The notes beneath the pieces are model-generated. The model was not told where the DNA came from, did not search any database, and saw nothing but the letters and a program-made list of their open reading frames with translations. Of a stretch of 64,000 bases of DNA, positions 50,866 to 59,854 are shown piece by piece. How positions within the stretch are numbered: position 1 is the first letter of the stretch; every line of letters starts with the position of its first letter. A program made the position numbers and the translations under genes. Source of the DNA: Alphaproteobacteria bacterium (GTDB lineage: Bacteria; Pseudomonadota; Alphaproteobacteria; Bin95); contig CAXXWS020000002.1 of NCBI GenBank assembly GCA_963665325.3, positions 1,184,001-1,248,000 on the forward strand, read 5' to 3'.

Positions 50866-51663
50866 ATGAAGATCGTCGTCATAAACCTCGAACATGCGGT
50901 GGAGCGGCGCGACCGGGTGACTGCTGCGCTGGACGGGTTCGGTCTCGCGTTTGAACTTTTCCCGGCGGTGGACGGGCGGCATCTCACTCCCGGTCAGGAG
51001 GCGCTCATCGACTACGCCGCGCTCGACCGGCAGGGTTGGTCGATGAGAGCGGGAGCGCTCGGCAATTGGATCAGCCACCGCACGATCCTTGCCGATATGA
51101 TCGACAACGGACCGGAGGCGATGGCGATCCTCGAGGACGATATCGAGCCTGCGCCCGAACTGCCGGCCGTTCTGGATACGCTGGAACGGTCCGCCGGGTT
51201 GTACGATATTGTTTTCCTGAACCGGGGCCGCGCCGTCCGGCGCTTCATTCCGCACCGACGGTTGGATACCGGCCATCGGCTAGGCTGGCTTCGCTGGTCG
51301 CATTTCGGCACCCAGGGCTATGTGATTACCCGCCCGGCGGCCCGGCGCTTTCTGAAGACATTCCCGCGCGTGCGCATGAATATCGACCGGTCGCTCGCTG
51401 CCTACTGGCGCACGGGTCTTGCGACCTATTGCGTACGCCCTCCGGTCGTCCGCCACCTGCTGTCCGACGACGGCAACGATTCCATGATCCAGGCGACGCG
51501 CGCCGTCGGCCCGACGGACGCCCTGTTCCGAATGCGCCGGCGGTGGTTCTTCCTCCGTGAGGGTCTGGCGAAGCGCGCGGCGCTTACCCGTCTGTCAATG
51601 AAAGCGCACGGGCCGGTACGTGGTCTCGGGATTCTCCTGGGGCCGGGCGGAAGCACCTCCTGA
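50866..51663 (+). CDS. Glycosyltransferase family 25 protein
   Basis: VINL...RR, AVDG, ISH, ILEDD, GTQGY. Confidence 0.88.
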   Translation: MKIVVINLEHAVERRDRVTAALDGFGLAFELFPAVDGRHLTPGQEALIDYAALDRQGWSMRAGALGNWISHRTILADMIDNGPEAMAILEDDIEPAPELPAVLDTLERSAGLYDIVFLNRGRAVRRFIPHRRLDTGHRLGWLRWSHFGTQGYVITRPAARRFLKTFPRVRMNIDRSLAAYWRTGLATYCVRPPVVRHLLSDDGNDSMIQATRAVGPTDALFRMRRRWFFLREGLAKRAALTRLSMKAHGPVRGLGILLGPGGSTS

Positions 51664-51725
51664 GAGCCGTTCGTCGGGGGCAAACGGTGTTACGATACGC
51701 CTGATTGTCCTGCAGGAGTTTCGCG

Positions 51726-53369
51726 ATGACGCGCAATCTGGACCCGATTACCGTCTCCGTGGTGAGCCACCGGCTGACCGCCATTGTCGAGGAGATGGGC
51801 GAGGCGATGCTGCGCACGGCCTATTCGCAGATTCTCAACTCCTCGCGCGACTTTTCGGCCGCAATCTGCGACCGCGACTGCCGCCTGGTCGCGCAGGCCG
51901 AGCACATTCCAGTCCATGTGGGCGCGATGCCCTGGGCGGCCAAGGCGGTTTCGGCCCGGTTCGGCGACGATGTGCATGAGGGCGACCTGTTCGTCGTCAA
52001 CGACCCCTATGCCGGCGGCGGCAGCCACCTGCCGGACGTGACCGTATTCGCGCCCGTGTTCATCGACGGGCGGCTCGCTTTCTGGACCATCAACCGTGCC
52101 CATCACAGCGATATCGGCGGCGCGACCCATGGTGCGTACAACCCGTCTGCCACCGAGATATTTCACGAAGGCCTCCGAATCCCGCCGCTAAGGCTCTGGG
52201 AGCGCGGCCGTCCGCGCGACGACCTGCTGGAGATGCTGGCGCTCAACGTTCGCCACCCGCGCGATTTCAAGGGCGACCTGGCCGCGCAGATCGGTTCGGT
52301 GCGCCTGGGCGAAGCCCGGCTCCAGGCGCTGGTCGATACCTTCGATGCGCAAACGGTGATGGCCGCGTGCGAGGCGGTGCTGGATGGCGCTGAGCGGCGG
52401 TCGCGGGCCGAGGTCGAGACATGGAAGGAGGGCGTGTTCCACGGCGAGGCGTTTCTCGACGATGACGGCCACGGCAGGCACGATATCGCCATCCGGGCCA
52501 CGGCTACGGTCCGCGCGGGCGAGGTCACGGTGGACCTCGGCGCGTCGGATCCGCAGAGCACCGCTTTCGTCAACTCCAGCCACGCCAATACGGTTTCGGC
52601 GGTCACGCAGTCCTTCGCATATCTGATCGACCCGGAGATCCCGAAGAACGAGGGCGCGTTCCGCCCGCTGACGGTCAAGCTGAAGGAAGGGACGATCGTG
52701 TGGGCCGAAGACGGCCTCCCGGTCACCATGTGCACCTCGCATTGCGGCAACGAGATCATCGAGGCCGTCATCACGGCGCTCGCCCAGTCCTGTCCGGCGC
52801 GCACCATGGCGGGCTGGGGCCGCCGGCTGCGCATTGCCATCAAGGGCCGGGACCCGCGCAACGGGCGCGGCTTCATCTGGCACATGTTCTACGCCCGGCC
52901 CGGCGGCGGCGGTTCGCCGGGCGGGGACGGCTGGCACTCGGTCGGCGAATGGCACTCCGCCGGCGGGCTGAAATTCGGCAGCGTCGAGGTGGCGGAGGTC
53001 CGTTTCCCGCTGCACATCGCGCGCCACGAATTCCGTCCGGGTTCCGGCGGCGTTGGGGAATACAGGGGCGGCTGCGGCGCGGAACTGGAGCTGCGCGTCG
53101 AAACGGAGGAGCCTGCCGTCGCCAACACCGCGGGCGACGGCGTGCGTTACGGCGCACGCGGCATACTGGGCGGCGCGGACGGGTTGCCGCACCGCTATAT
53201 CCACCACGGCTCCGGCGGCGGGCGCGTGCTGCCGAGCAAGCTGGTGGGCATCGAGGTGGCGCCGGGCGATGTGTTCGAGGTCCTGTCGGGCGGCGGCGGC
53301 GGCTGGGGCGATCCCGCGCGCCGCTCCGAAGCCGCAGCGGAGGAAGACCGGCTGGACGGGGTCGCCTGA
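51726..53369 (+). CDS. Hydantoinase B/oxoprolinase family protein
   Basis: LRTAYS...RDFS, HIPVH, NDPY..GSHLPD, HHSDIGG, GGGGWG. Confidence 0.93.
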   Translation: MTRNLDPITVSVVSHRLTAIVEEMGEAMLRTAYSQILNSSRDFSAAICDRDCRLVAQAEHIPVHVGAMPWAAKAVSARFGDDVHEGDLFVVNDPYAGGGSHLPDVTVFAPVFIDGRLAFWTINRAHHSDIGGATHGAYNPSATEIFHEGLRIPPLRLWERGRPRDDLLEMLALNVRHPRDFKGDLAAQIGSVRLGEARLQALVDTFDAQTVMAACEAVLDGAERRSRAEVETWKEGVFHGEAFLDDDGHGRHDIAIRATATVRAGEVTVDLGASDPQSTAFVNSSHANTVSAVTQSFAYLIDPEIPKNEGAFRPLTVKLKEGTIVWAEDGLPVTMCTSHCGNEIIEAVITALAQSCPARTMAGWGRRLRIAIKGRDPRNGRGFIWHMFYARPGGGGSPGGDGWHSVGEWHSAGGLKFGSVEVAEVRFPLHIARHEFRPGSGGVGEYRGGCGAELELRVETEEPAVANTAGDGVRYGARGILGGADGLPHRYIHHGSGGGRVLPSKLVGIEVAPGDVFEVLSGGGGGWGDPARRSEAAAEEDRLDGVA

Positions 53370-53384
53370 CCGGGAACGCGCCCG

Positions 53385-55766
53385 CTACATCCCGATACGC
53401 AGGCCGGCGAGGAATACGACCTCCGGGTTGCGGCCGGCATCGTGGCCGGGTTCGTGGCTCAATACAGCGCCCACGCGCCATACGGCATCGGGCCCGGCCG
53501 CCTCGGTCCAGTCGATGCCAAAATCGATCTCACGGCCCGATGGCGCCAGGCCGACAGGCACCTGCCGGCGCTGCACCGCGCCTTCCGGCGTCCGGCCTAC
53601 GGGAAAGGAGAGGCTGAGGCTCCCGCTCTCGACGCGGAGCGGCTGTTGCACGGAAAGCCTGAGCGTTCCGTTGTCGAACGCGTGCGCGGCCGCTGCGGAA
53701 AAGGCCGTGCTGAAAGCGCCCTTGCTTCCGTCGGCCAGCATCCCGCCGTCGGCCTCCGGTGTCGCGCGTCCGAATTCGGCAGCCGCGTCGAAGCGCCAGC
53801 CGCCGGCATCGAATGCGCCCGACGCGCCGACGAAATTGAGGCTCGAAGAGAGCCTGCCGAAGGCGCCTTCGGCGCTTGACCCGAATAGGGCGTCGGTTTC
53901 CCTGATCCAGCCCGCGTGAAGGCCGGCCGGCCCGTCCGCCGGCTGCCATGCGAGCGTGATCCCGTGCGTGTCGCCTTCCATCGTGCGGACGCCGGCCTCG
54001 CCGCCGGAGTCGGCCGAGGCGAAGGCGGCGAGCACCGTATTCCCGAGCCAGGCTTTCGCCGTTGCGGTGTGCGGCGCAAGGCTCATATGCCCGGCGCCGG
54101 GCGCGCCGAAGCCGAACTGCAGGCGACTCCCGGCCGGGCCGGCGCCTTCAGCCAGTGCGGTTTCGCCTTCGCGGGAAACGGTCGCTCCGGCGCCGTCCCC
54201 GTCCCGTTCGGCAAGCCATCGGGAGAGGCGCGTCGCCAGACCCGTTGGCGCCGGCTCGCGAACGAAATGCCCCGCATCCACCCAGAACGGCGCGTTGAGC
54301 GTGTCGAACAGGGCAATTTCGCTGCCCGCGAGGCTTCGCTCCATCCCGTCTCCCATGGCGTGGCCCGGCGAAAACCAGCTCGATTGCGCCGACGGACCGC
54401 TGCCGTCCGCCCGACTGCCCAACACGACGGACATCGTGCCGGCCGGTGCCGTGGCGGCATCGAGGTCCATAAGCCCGCGTCCCAATATCGAGGAGAGCTC
54501 GCAGTCGCGCAGGTCGCCGTCCAGATCGAGATGGGCCGGGCAGGCGCCGCCGGATGAGACGGTGTCGGGCGTCACCTGCGCCGTCTCGTAGAGCCGGGTC
54601 AGCAGTTCCTCGTTCGCCATTTGGCTGCGGAACCAGTGCTTGAGTACCGCCAGGCCGCCGGTGACGTAAGGCGCCGCGAATGATGTTCCGCGCCAACGGG
54701 CGTAGCCGCGCTCTTCATCCTGCGTCTGCTCGTCCCGTTGGTAATAGGCAACCGGCATTCGGTCGCCGGGCGCAGCGATACACCATTTCGCGGCGATCCC
54801 GCAGCGGTTGGAGAACGAGGCGATGTCCCCCTGGTCGTCCGTCGCCACGACGGCTACGACATGGCTGCGCAAGGTGTCCTCAAGCACGGGCAGCCCGGCG
54901 TAAAGTGTCGGCGAGGATGCGTCGAGCTCGCCCTCGACGCAGTTGGGCTCGGGGCTTGAGCATTTGTTGCCGTGGGCGTTGCCGGCCGCGATCACCAGGA
55001 CCGTCTTGCCGGTCGCCGTGCCCGGCTGTGCCAGGGTCCGGATCGCCGGCGCGTATAACGGACCGAAACTCGTGCTCAGATAATTCTCCACCAATCCCTT
55101 GATGGAAAAGCTCATATTCACGAAATCGGCCGGTCGTGTCAGCATTGAGAACTGCCGCGCGAGCCAGTCAACATTACTTTCCACATTCGTCGGCGTGGAT
55201 CCCCGGTAGTCCTCATCCGGATCGGCGCTGCCGAGGCGGACGGCGTACATTTCAAGATGGTCGATGCCCCAGGCAACGCCATGGAAGTCATGGTCCGAGA
55301 GCTCGGGCGGATCGTCGGGCACCGGCCCGTCGCGGGTCGCCGCGATAATGCTGGCCACCGCCGTGCCGTGATCCTTGTCCGGATCGGCCAGGCCGGACTC
55401 GGTGAGGCGGCTCGAGTCGAATTCCCAGTGCCCGCTGTCGATACCGTTGTCGATGACCGCGACGCGGGCGCCGGCGCCGGGCGCTGTTTCGGCGCCGTCC
55501 CGCAGGGCAATCCTCGCGTAAGCTGTTGCTGCGTTGATCTGTCGGAGCCCCCAAGCCGCCTCGTATTCGGCGTCGTTCTCATAACCCCCGATGGCGCCTT
55601 GCAGCGGTGAGGGGCGGGGTGCTGGAGAAGAAATCTGGCCGGAACCGGGTGCGCTCGGGCCACCGCCGGCGGAACGCGCGATACCCCCTCCTCCTCCTCC
55701 GCCACAGCCGGCCGCCATCGCCGTTAGCGCAATCGCCGCCGCCAATCTTGTCGTTGTCGTCGTCAT
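53385..55766 (-). CDS. S8 (subtilisin-like) serine peptidase lipoprotein with a beta-rich C-terminal domain
   Basis: Lipobox-like AAGCGGGG; catalytic triad VIDNG / HGTAVAS / GTSFAAP; AAGN oxyanion motif. Confidence 0.9.
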   Translation of the reverse strand: MTTTTTRLAAAIALTAMAAGCGGGGGGGIARSAGGGPSAPGSGQISSPAPRPSPLQGAIGGYENDAEYEAAWGLRQINAATAYARIALRDGAETAPGAGARVAVIDNGIDSGHWEFDSSRLTESGLADPDKDHGTAVASIIAATRDGPVPDDPPELSDHDFHGVAWGIDHLEMYAVRLGSADPDEDYRGSTPTNVESNVDWLARQFSMLTRPADFVNMSFSIKGLVENYLSTSFGPLYAPAIRTLAQPGTATGKTVLVIAAGNAHGNKCSSPEPNCVEGELDASSPTLYAGLPVLEDTLRSHVVAVVATDDQGDIASFSNRCGIAAKWCIAAPGDRMPVAYYQRDEQTQDEERGYARWRGTSFAAPYVTGGLAVLKHWFRSQMANEELLTRLYETAQVTPDTVSSGGACPAHLDLDGDLRDCELSSILGRGLMDLDAATAPAGTMSVVLGSRADGSGPSAQSSWFSPGHAMGDGMERSLAGSEIALFDTLNAPFWVDAGHFVREPAPTGLATRLSRWLAERDGDGAGATVSREGETALAEGAGPAGSRLQFGFGAPGAGHMSLAPHTATAKAWLGNTVLAAFASADSGGEAGVRTMEGDTHGITLAWQPADGPAGLHAGWIRETDALFGSSAEGAFGRLSSSLNFVGASGAFDAGGWRFDAAAEFGRATPEADGGMLADGSKGAFSTAFSAAAAHAFDNGTLRLSVQQPLRVESGSLSLSFPVGRTPEGAVQRRQVPVGLAPSGREIDFGIDWTEAAGPDAVWRVGAVLSHEPGHDAGRNPEVVFLAGLRIGM

Positions 55767-55970
55767 AGTTCTGCTTGCGATCTGCTCGTTGGGTGCAATG
55801 CCGCCGCCATCATCGACGCCGTTGAGATAAACAATCGTAAGAGTTGCAATAACTAAAAGGAATGGGGAAGCGCAATGCGGGCGGTCTGTGCTTGCACCCG
55901 AAAGCCGGCCGCGCCACGATGACCGGGATGGCCGGTCGATGCCGCGCCCGAGCATTCTATTGGGGGCCAC

Positions 55971-57020
55971 ATGCCGCTCGCATCCAGGCGCTACGAGGTT
56001 GCCGACATGATGGCGGCACAGGAATTCTATCACAGCCGAGGCTGGACCGACGGGCTGCCGGTGGTGCCGCCGACGGACGAGGCTGTCGAGGCCTGCCTGG
56101 AGTGGGCAGGCCTGCCGCCGGCCCATCTGGTGGGCGTCGAACCCGTGCGCGCCCGTGCGGTCACGGCTGAGAAGCTTGCGATCAACGCCGTCATGGCTGG
56201 CTGCCTGCCGATGCATTTCCCGGTGGTCGTCGCGGCGTTCACGGCGATGCTGCAGGAGCCTTTCCTGCTGCACGGCGCGACCGCCAGCACGGGCGGCTGC
56301 GCGGTGCTGGTCGTCGTCAACGGGCCGATTGCGGCCGAGATCGGCATGGACGCGACCTTCAACGCGCTCGCCTCCAGCGACCGCGCCTCTACAGTTGTCG
56401 GCCGGGCGCTGCGCCTCTGCCTCATCAACATGATGGATGTCCGGCCGGGCGCCATCGACCGCTCGGTGCTCGGCCACCCGGGCAAGATCAGCTATTGCGT
56501 GGCGGAGGACGAAGCCGGCTCACAATGGCTGCCGCTCGCCGAGGAGCGCGGCATGCCCGTCGGCGCCTCCTGCGTCACCGCAATGGCGGCCGGCGCGCCG
56601 CGCCAACTGATGAACGAGTGGACGACCGTTCCGGAGGAGATTCTGGACACCTTCGCCTCCGAGATACGCGCCAACATGCGCCACTATTCGATCTGGCCGG
56701 GCAACTACGCCATCGTCGTGCCGCCGCAATTGCGGGCCCACTTCCATGCCGCCGGCTGGTCCAAGGCGGATGTTCGCACCTATGTCTTCGAAAAGGCGCG
56801 TATCCTGCGCTCGGAATGGGCCGACTGCGGCAAGGGCGCGGTGGTGCGCGACCGCGGCGGTTGGGAATATACGGCGCTGTCGGCCCCGGAAGACCTGCTG
56901 GTGATCGCCGCGGGCGGCCCGGCGGGCGGCTTCGGCGCGGTCATTCCGCCCTGGCTCGGGCCCAAGAGCCGGGCGGTCACGGTCGCGATCGGCGCCTGCG
57001 TCGATTGCGAGATTCCATGA
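55971..57020 (+). CDS. Uncharacterised protein, partner of the UGSC selenoprotein
   Basis: GWTDGLPVVPPT, EKLAINAVMAGC, GHPGK and C-terminal CVDC; no function recognised. Confidence 0.85.
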   Translation: MPLASRRYEVADMMAAQEFYHSRGWTDGLPVVPPTDEAVEACLEWAGLPPAHLVGVEPVRARAVTAEKLAINAVMAGCLPMHFPVVVAAFTAMLQEPFLLHGATASTGGCAVLVVVNGPIAAEIGMDATFNALASSDRASTVVGRALRLCLINMMDVRPGAIDRSVLGHPGKISYCVAEDEAGSQWLPLAEERGMPVGASCVTAMAAGAPRQLMNEWTTVPEEILDTFASEIRANMRHYSIWPGNYAIVVPPQLRAHFHAAGWSKADVRTYVFEKARILRSEWADCGKGAVVRDRGGWEYTALSAPEDLLVIAAGGPAGGFGAVIPPWLGPKSRAVTVAIGACVDCEIP

Positions 57021-57049
57021 GGCGAACGATTTAGGAAGAGAGGTGAGGC

Positions 57050-57574
57050 ATGCGGATACTCGATCCGTCGCATGAAGAAGGGGCTGCGGGATTTGCGCCC
57101 GCGGTCCGGCTTGCGGCGCTGGAGGGCGCCACCGTCGGGGTGATCTCCAACGGCAAGGAAGGCACAAAGGGCTTCTTCGCCGCCTTCGAGCAGGCGCTCA
57201 GGGAACAATACGGCGTCGGCGAAGTCGTGCTGCGCACCAAGTCGAATTACAGCGCGCCGGCGGAAGCGGGCCTGCTGGAGGAAGCGAAGAACTGGGATGC
57301 GCTCGTCGCCGGCATTGGCGATTGAGGCAGCTGCTCGTCGTGCAGTTTGCATGACGCGGTTGCAGGAGAGCGCATCGGGGTGCCGTCAGCCGGCATCATG
57401 ACGGAAACTTTCGTGAGCGCGGCGGAGCTGATGGCGCGTGTGCTGGGTGCAGAGGACTATCCCTTTGCGGTGATCGAGCATCCGATCAGCAGCGCCGACC
57501 AGGCGGCGCTCGCGGCCCGCGCCGAGCGCGCTGCCGCGGACTGCGCCCGACTGCTTCTGGGCGCGGACGGGTAG
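57050..57574 (+). CDS. UGSC-family selenoprotein (174 aa; TGA at 57323-57325 decoded as Sec92)
   Basis: ORFs 57050-57325 and 57347-57574 are in the same frame and join as GIGD-TGA-GSCSSCSLHD; strong RBS only before 57050; SECIS-like hairpin follows. Confidence 0.88.
57327..57363 (+). promoter_or_regulatory. Bacterial SECIS-like stem-loop
   Basis: Lower stem GCAGCUG/CGGUUGC, CU bulge, upper stem CGUCGUGC/GCAUGACG, apical loop AGUUU starting 18 nt after the UGA. Confidence 0.75.
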
Positions 57575-57600
57575 GGCGCCGCCCTCCGAAGCCCGGTTCG

Positions 57601-57631
57601 GGCTCGCCGTCGTTTATCTTGGCGGCGAGCC
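57601..57631. terminator. Hairpin between the convergent selenoprotein and gluQRS genes
   Basis: GGCTCGCCGTC...GGCGGCGAGCC inverted repeat. Confidence 0.4.
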
Positions 57632-57673
57632 GGACTCCGCTCGAAATGTGTCCCACGTCGCGCGGGTTCCGTT

Positions 57674-58432
57674 CTAGAAGGTTCCGCTCATCTGCTCTAT
57701 GCGCGCCCGCACCTCCCCGGGAGACACGCCCGCCTGGCGCAGGCTTTGCAGCGTCAGCGCGCGGTCGCGCTTGGCGAGGCGGCGGCCGCTTGCATCGGTC
57801 AATACCGGATGGTGCTCATAGTCGGGCACCGGCAGGCCGAGCAGCCGTTGCAGGCGGTTCTGGATCGGCACGGCGAAGGCGAGATCCTCGCCGCGCGTCA
57901 CCAGGGTCACGCCCTGAAGCGCGTCATCGACGACCACGGCGAGGTGGTAGCTCGTGCGGATGTCCTTGCGCGCGACCACCGTGTCGTCCTCTGTCAACCG
58001 CAGCGCGTAAGCGTCGCCGCGCGCCATGCGGGCGTCGCGCTCGGCCTCGGTCAGCGCGCGGCATGTCCCGGCATAGGGCGCTCCTTCCGGGCCGTGCGGA
58101 GCCGTTGCCGCGGCCTCGATCTCCCTGCGGGTGCAGAAGCAGGGATAGAGCAACCCTTGAGCATCGAGCCGGGCGAGGGCGGCGGCATAGTCGTCCATGT
58201 GGTCGGACTGCCGGCGCACCGGCTCTTCCCATTCGAGGCCGAGCCAGGCGAGGTCTTCCAGGATGCCTGCCTCGAACTCGGGCCGGCAGCGACTCCGGTC
58301 GATATCCTCGATCCGGACGAGGAAGCGCCCGCCCGCGCGCGCCGCCCGGTCAGCAGCGAACAACGCCGAATAGGCGTGGCCCAGATGGAGCCTGCCGGTC
58401 GGGCTGGGGGCGAAGCGGGTGACTGTCTGCAT
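57674..58432 (-). CDS. gluQRS: tRNA glutamyl-Q(34) synthetase
   Basis: TRFAPSPTGRLHLGH, RIEDID, YPCFCTR, YHLAVVVDD, RLAKR; no anticodon-binding domain. Confidence 0.92.
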   Translation of the reverse strand: MQTVTRFAPSPTGRLHLGHAYSALFAADRAARAGGRFLVRIEDIDRSRCRPEFEAGILEDLAWLGLEWEEPVRRQSDHMDDYAAALARLDAQGLLYPCFCTRREIEAAATAPHGPEGAPYAGTCRALTEAERDARMARGDAYALRLTEDDTVVARKDIRTSYHLAVVVDDALQGVTLVTRGEDLAFAVPIQNRLQRLLGLPVPDYEHHPVLTDASGRRLAKRDRALTLQSLRQAGVSPGEVRARIEQMSGTF

Positions 58433-58475
58433 GGAGTGGTGACAAGACCCCGGCTTTGGGCTAGCCGTCAACGCC

Positions 58476-59126
58476 ATGCAACTCGACGGCCCCCGACATC
58501 CGCCCACCGCCGGCGCCACCCCGGCTCGCATCGTCCTGCTGCTGCACGGCTACGGCGCGGACGGCAACGACCTGATCGGCCTGGCGCCCGCCTGGGCGCC
58601 GGCCTTGCCGGACACGCTGTTCGTGTCGCCGCATGCGCCCTTCCCCTGCGAGGGCGCGCCCTTCGGCCGCCAGTGGTTCGGCATCGCCGGGCGCGACACC
58701 GAAATGCGCCTCGCCGGCCTGCGCGCGGCCTCGGCGATGGTGGACGGCTTCATCGACGACCTGCTGGAAGAAACCGGCCTGCCGCCAGGCGCGCTCACGC
58801 TCGCGGGCTTCAGCCAGGGCACGATGCTGGCACTGCATGCGGGCCCCCGGCGCGCGGAACCGCTTGCCGGCATACTCGGCTATTCGGGGCGGTTGCTGGC
58901 GCCGGAACTGCTGGACGGGGAAGTGCTGAGCCGGCCGCCGGTGGCCCTCATCCACGGCGAGATGGACGAGCTGGTGCCGTTCTCCTCCATGGCGGAGGCG
59001 GATGCGGCGTTGGAGCAGGCGGGTTTTGCGGTCGAGACGCATGGGCGGCCGGGCCTCGGCCACGGCATCGACCCCGACGGCATGCGTGCCGGGCTGGCGT
59101 TCATGACGCGGATCGCGGGGCAATAG
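58476..59126 (+). CDS. Phospholipase/carboxylesterase family alpha/beta hydrolase
   Basis: LLHGYGADG, GFSQG, HGEMD, GHGI. Confidence 0.92.
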   Translation: MQLDGPRHPPTAGATPARIVLLLHGYGADGNDLIGLAPAWAPALPDTLFVSPHAPFPCEGAPFGRQWFGIAGRDTEMRLAGLRAASAMVDGFIDDLLEETGLPPGALTLAGFSQGTMLALHAGPRRAEPLAGILGYSGRLLAPELLDGEVLSRPPVALIHGEMDELVPFSSMAEADAALEQAGFAVETHGRPGLGHGIDPDGMRAGLAFMTRIAGQ

Positions 59127-59219
59127 CCGCATTTTTCGACGCGCGGCATCTGCCGCTTACTCGGTTCGTTCGCTATTTTTGAAATAATTCCTGACATAGG
59201 CTTGATCTCAGAAAAACAG

Positions 59220-59228
59220 TGCTATTAT
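59220..59228 (+). promoter_or_regulatory. Putative extended -10 element (TG-C-TATTAT) in element copy B
   Basis: One mismatch from TGnTATAAT; TTGATC upstream at 59202. Confidence 0.5.
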
Positions 59229-59499
59229 AGACCAGGAGGAAGGAAGCGGCATCCGGCGGGGCCGCCTCGCCTTCCTGTTCGCGCCGGCGCGAAAAAAGCC
59301 CTGGGAAACGCATGGGACAAGTGCGCCCTGCGCCTCGCGCGCGCAATCAGCCGCGCGAACCGCGCCGGCGCTAACGCGCGCCGACAGGCGAGCGGGCGCG
59401 CACGCAGTACGCGCGAAACAGGGTCCCGCCCTGCCGGCAAGCCGGCGGCGGGGAGAACGGAACGAACGAGGAGAACCGATGAACGGCATGACCCCCATT

Positions 59500-59652
59500 C
59501 GTCGTCCCGGACGCTGCGCAGCACCGAGCCGGGACCTCAATGCGCAGGCTGCGCTCTCGCCACGCAAGGCCCCGGCTCGGGGGCCGGGGCGACGCCAAAA
59601 TTTGGGCCCCCAGCGTCATCCCGGCCGGAGCGACGCGGAGAGCCGGGACCTC
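59500..59652 (+). repeat. REP-like palindromic units inside element copy B
   Basis: CGTCGTCCCGG...CCGGGACCTC, GCCCCGGCTCGGGGGCCGGGGCGACG, CGTCATCCCGGCCGGAGCGACGCGGAGAGCCGGGACC. Confidence 0.7.
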
Positions 59653-59854
59653 GTGCGGCTTGGCCGGGCCCCTTTGCACCGCGCACGACAAAACATGACA
59701 TTTCCGGCGGGCCTCATGACGAAACATGACATTTCATGACATCCGGCACAGGGGTGTCCCGGCGGCCCGCGCCGTATCGCTTCTGTCGAAACCGGGTCAT
59801 GGGGACCGTCGGTTCCAAGCCTCGAACGGCGGCAGGGCGCGACGGCGAGCGGGC

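Larger units (their letters stand above)
59165..59745 (+). repeat. Dispersed non-coding element, copy B
   Basis: Colinear with 14725-15290 at both ends; different central segment. Confidence 0.85.

Noticed and set aside
57347-57574. Independent 75-aa ORF, or a nonsense pseudogene
   Set aside because: No RBS, and its TTG start lies inside the hairpin; the in-frame UxxC context plus SECIS-like structure favour Sec readthrough
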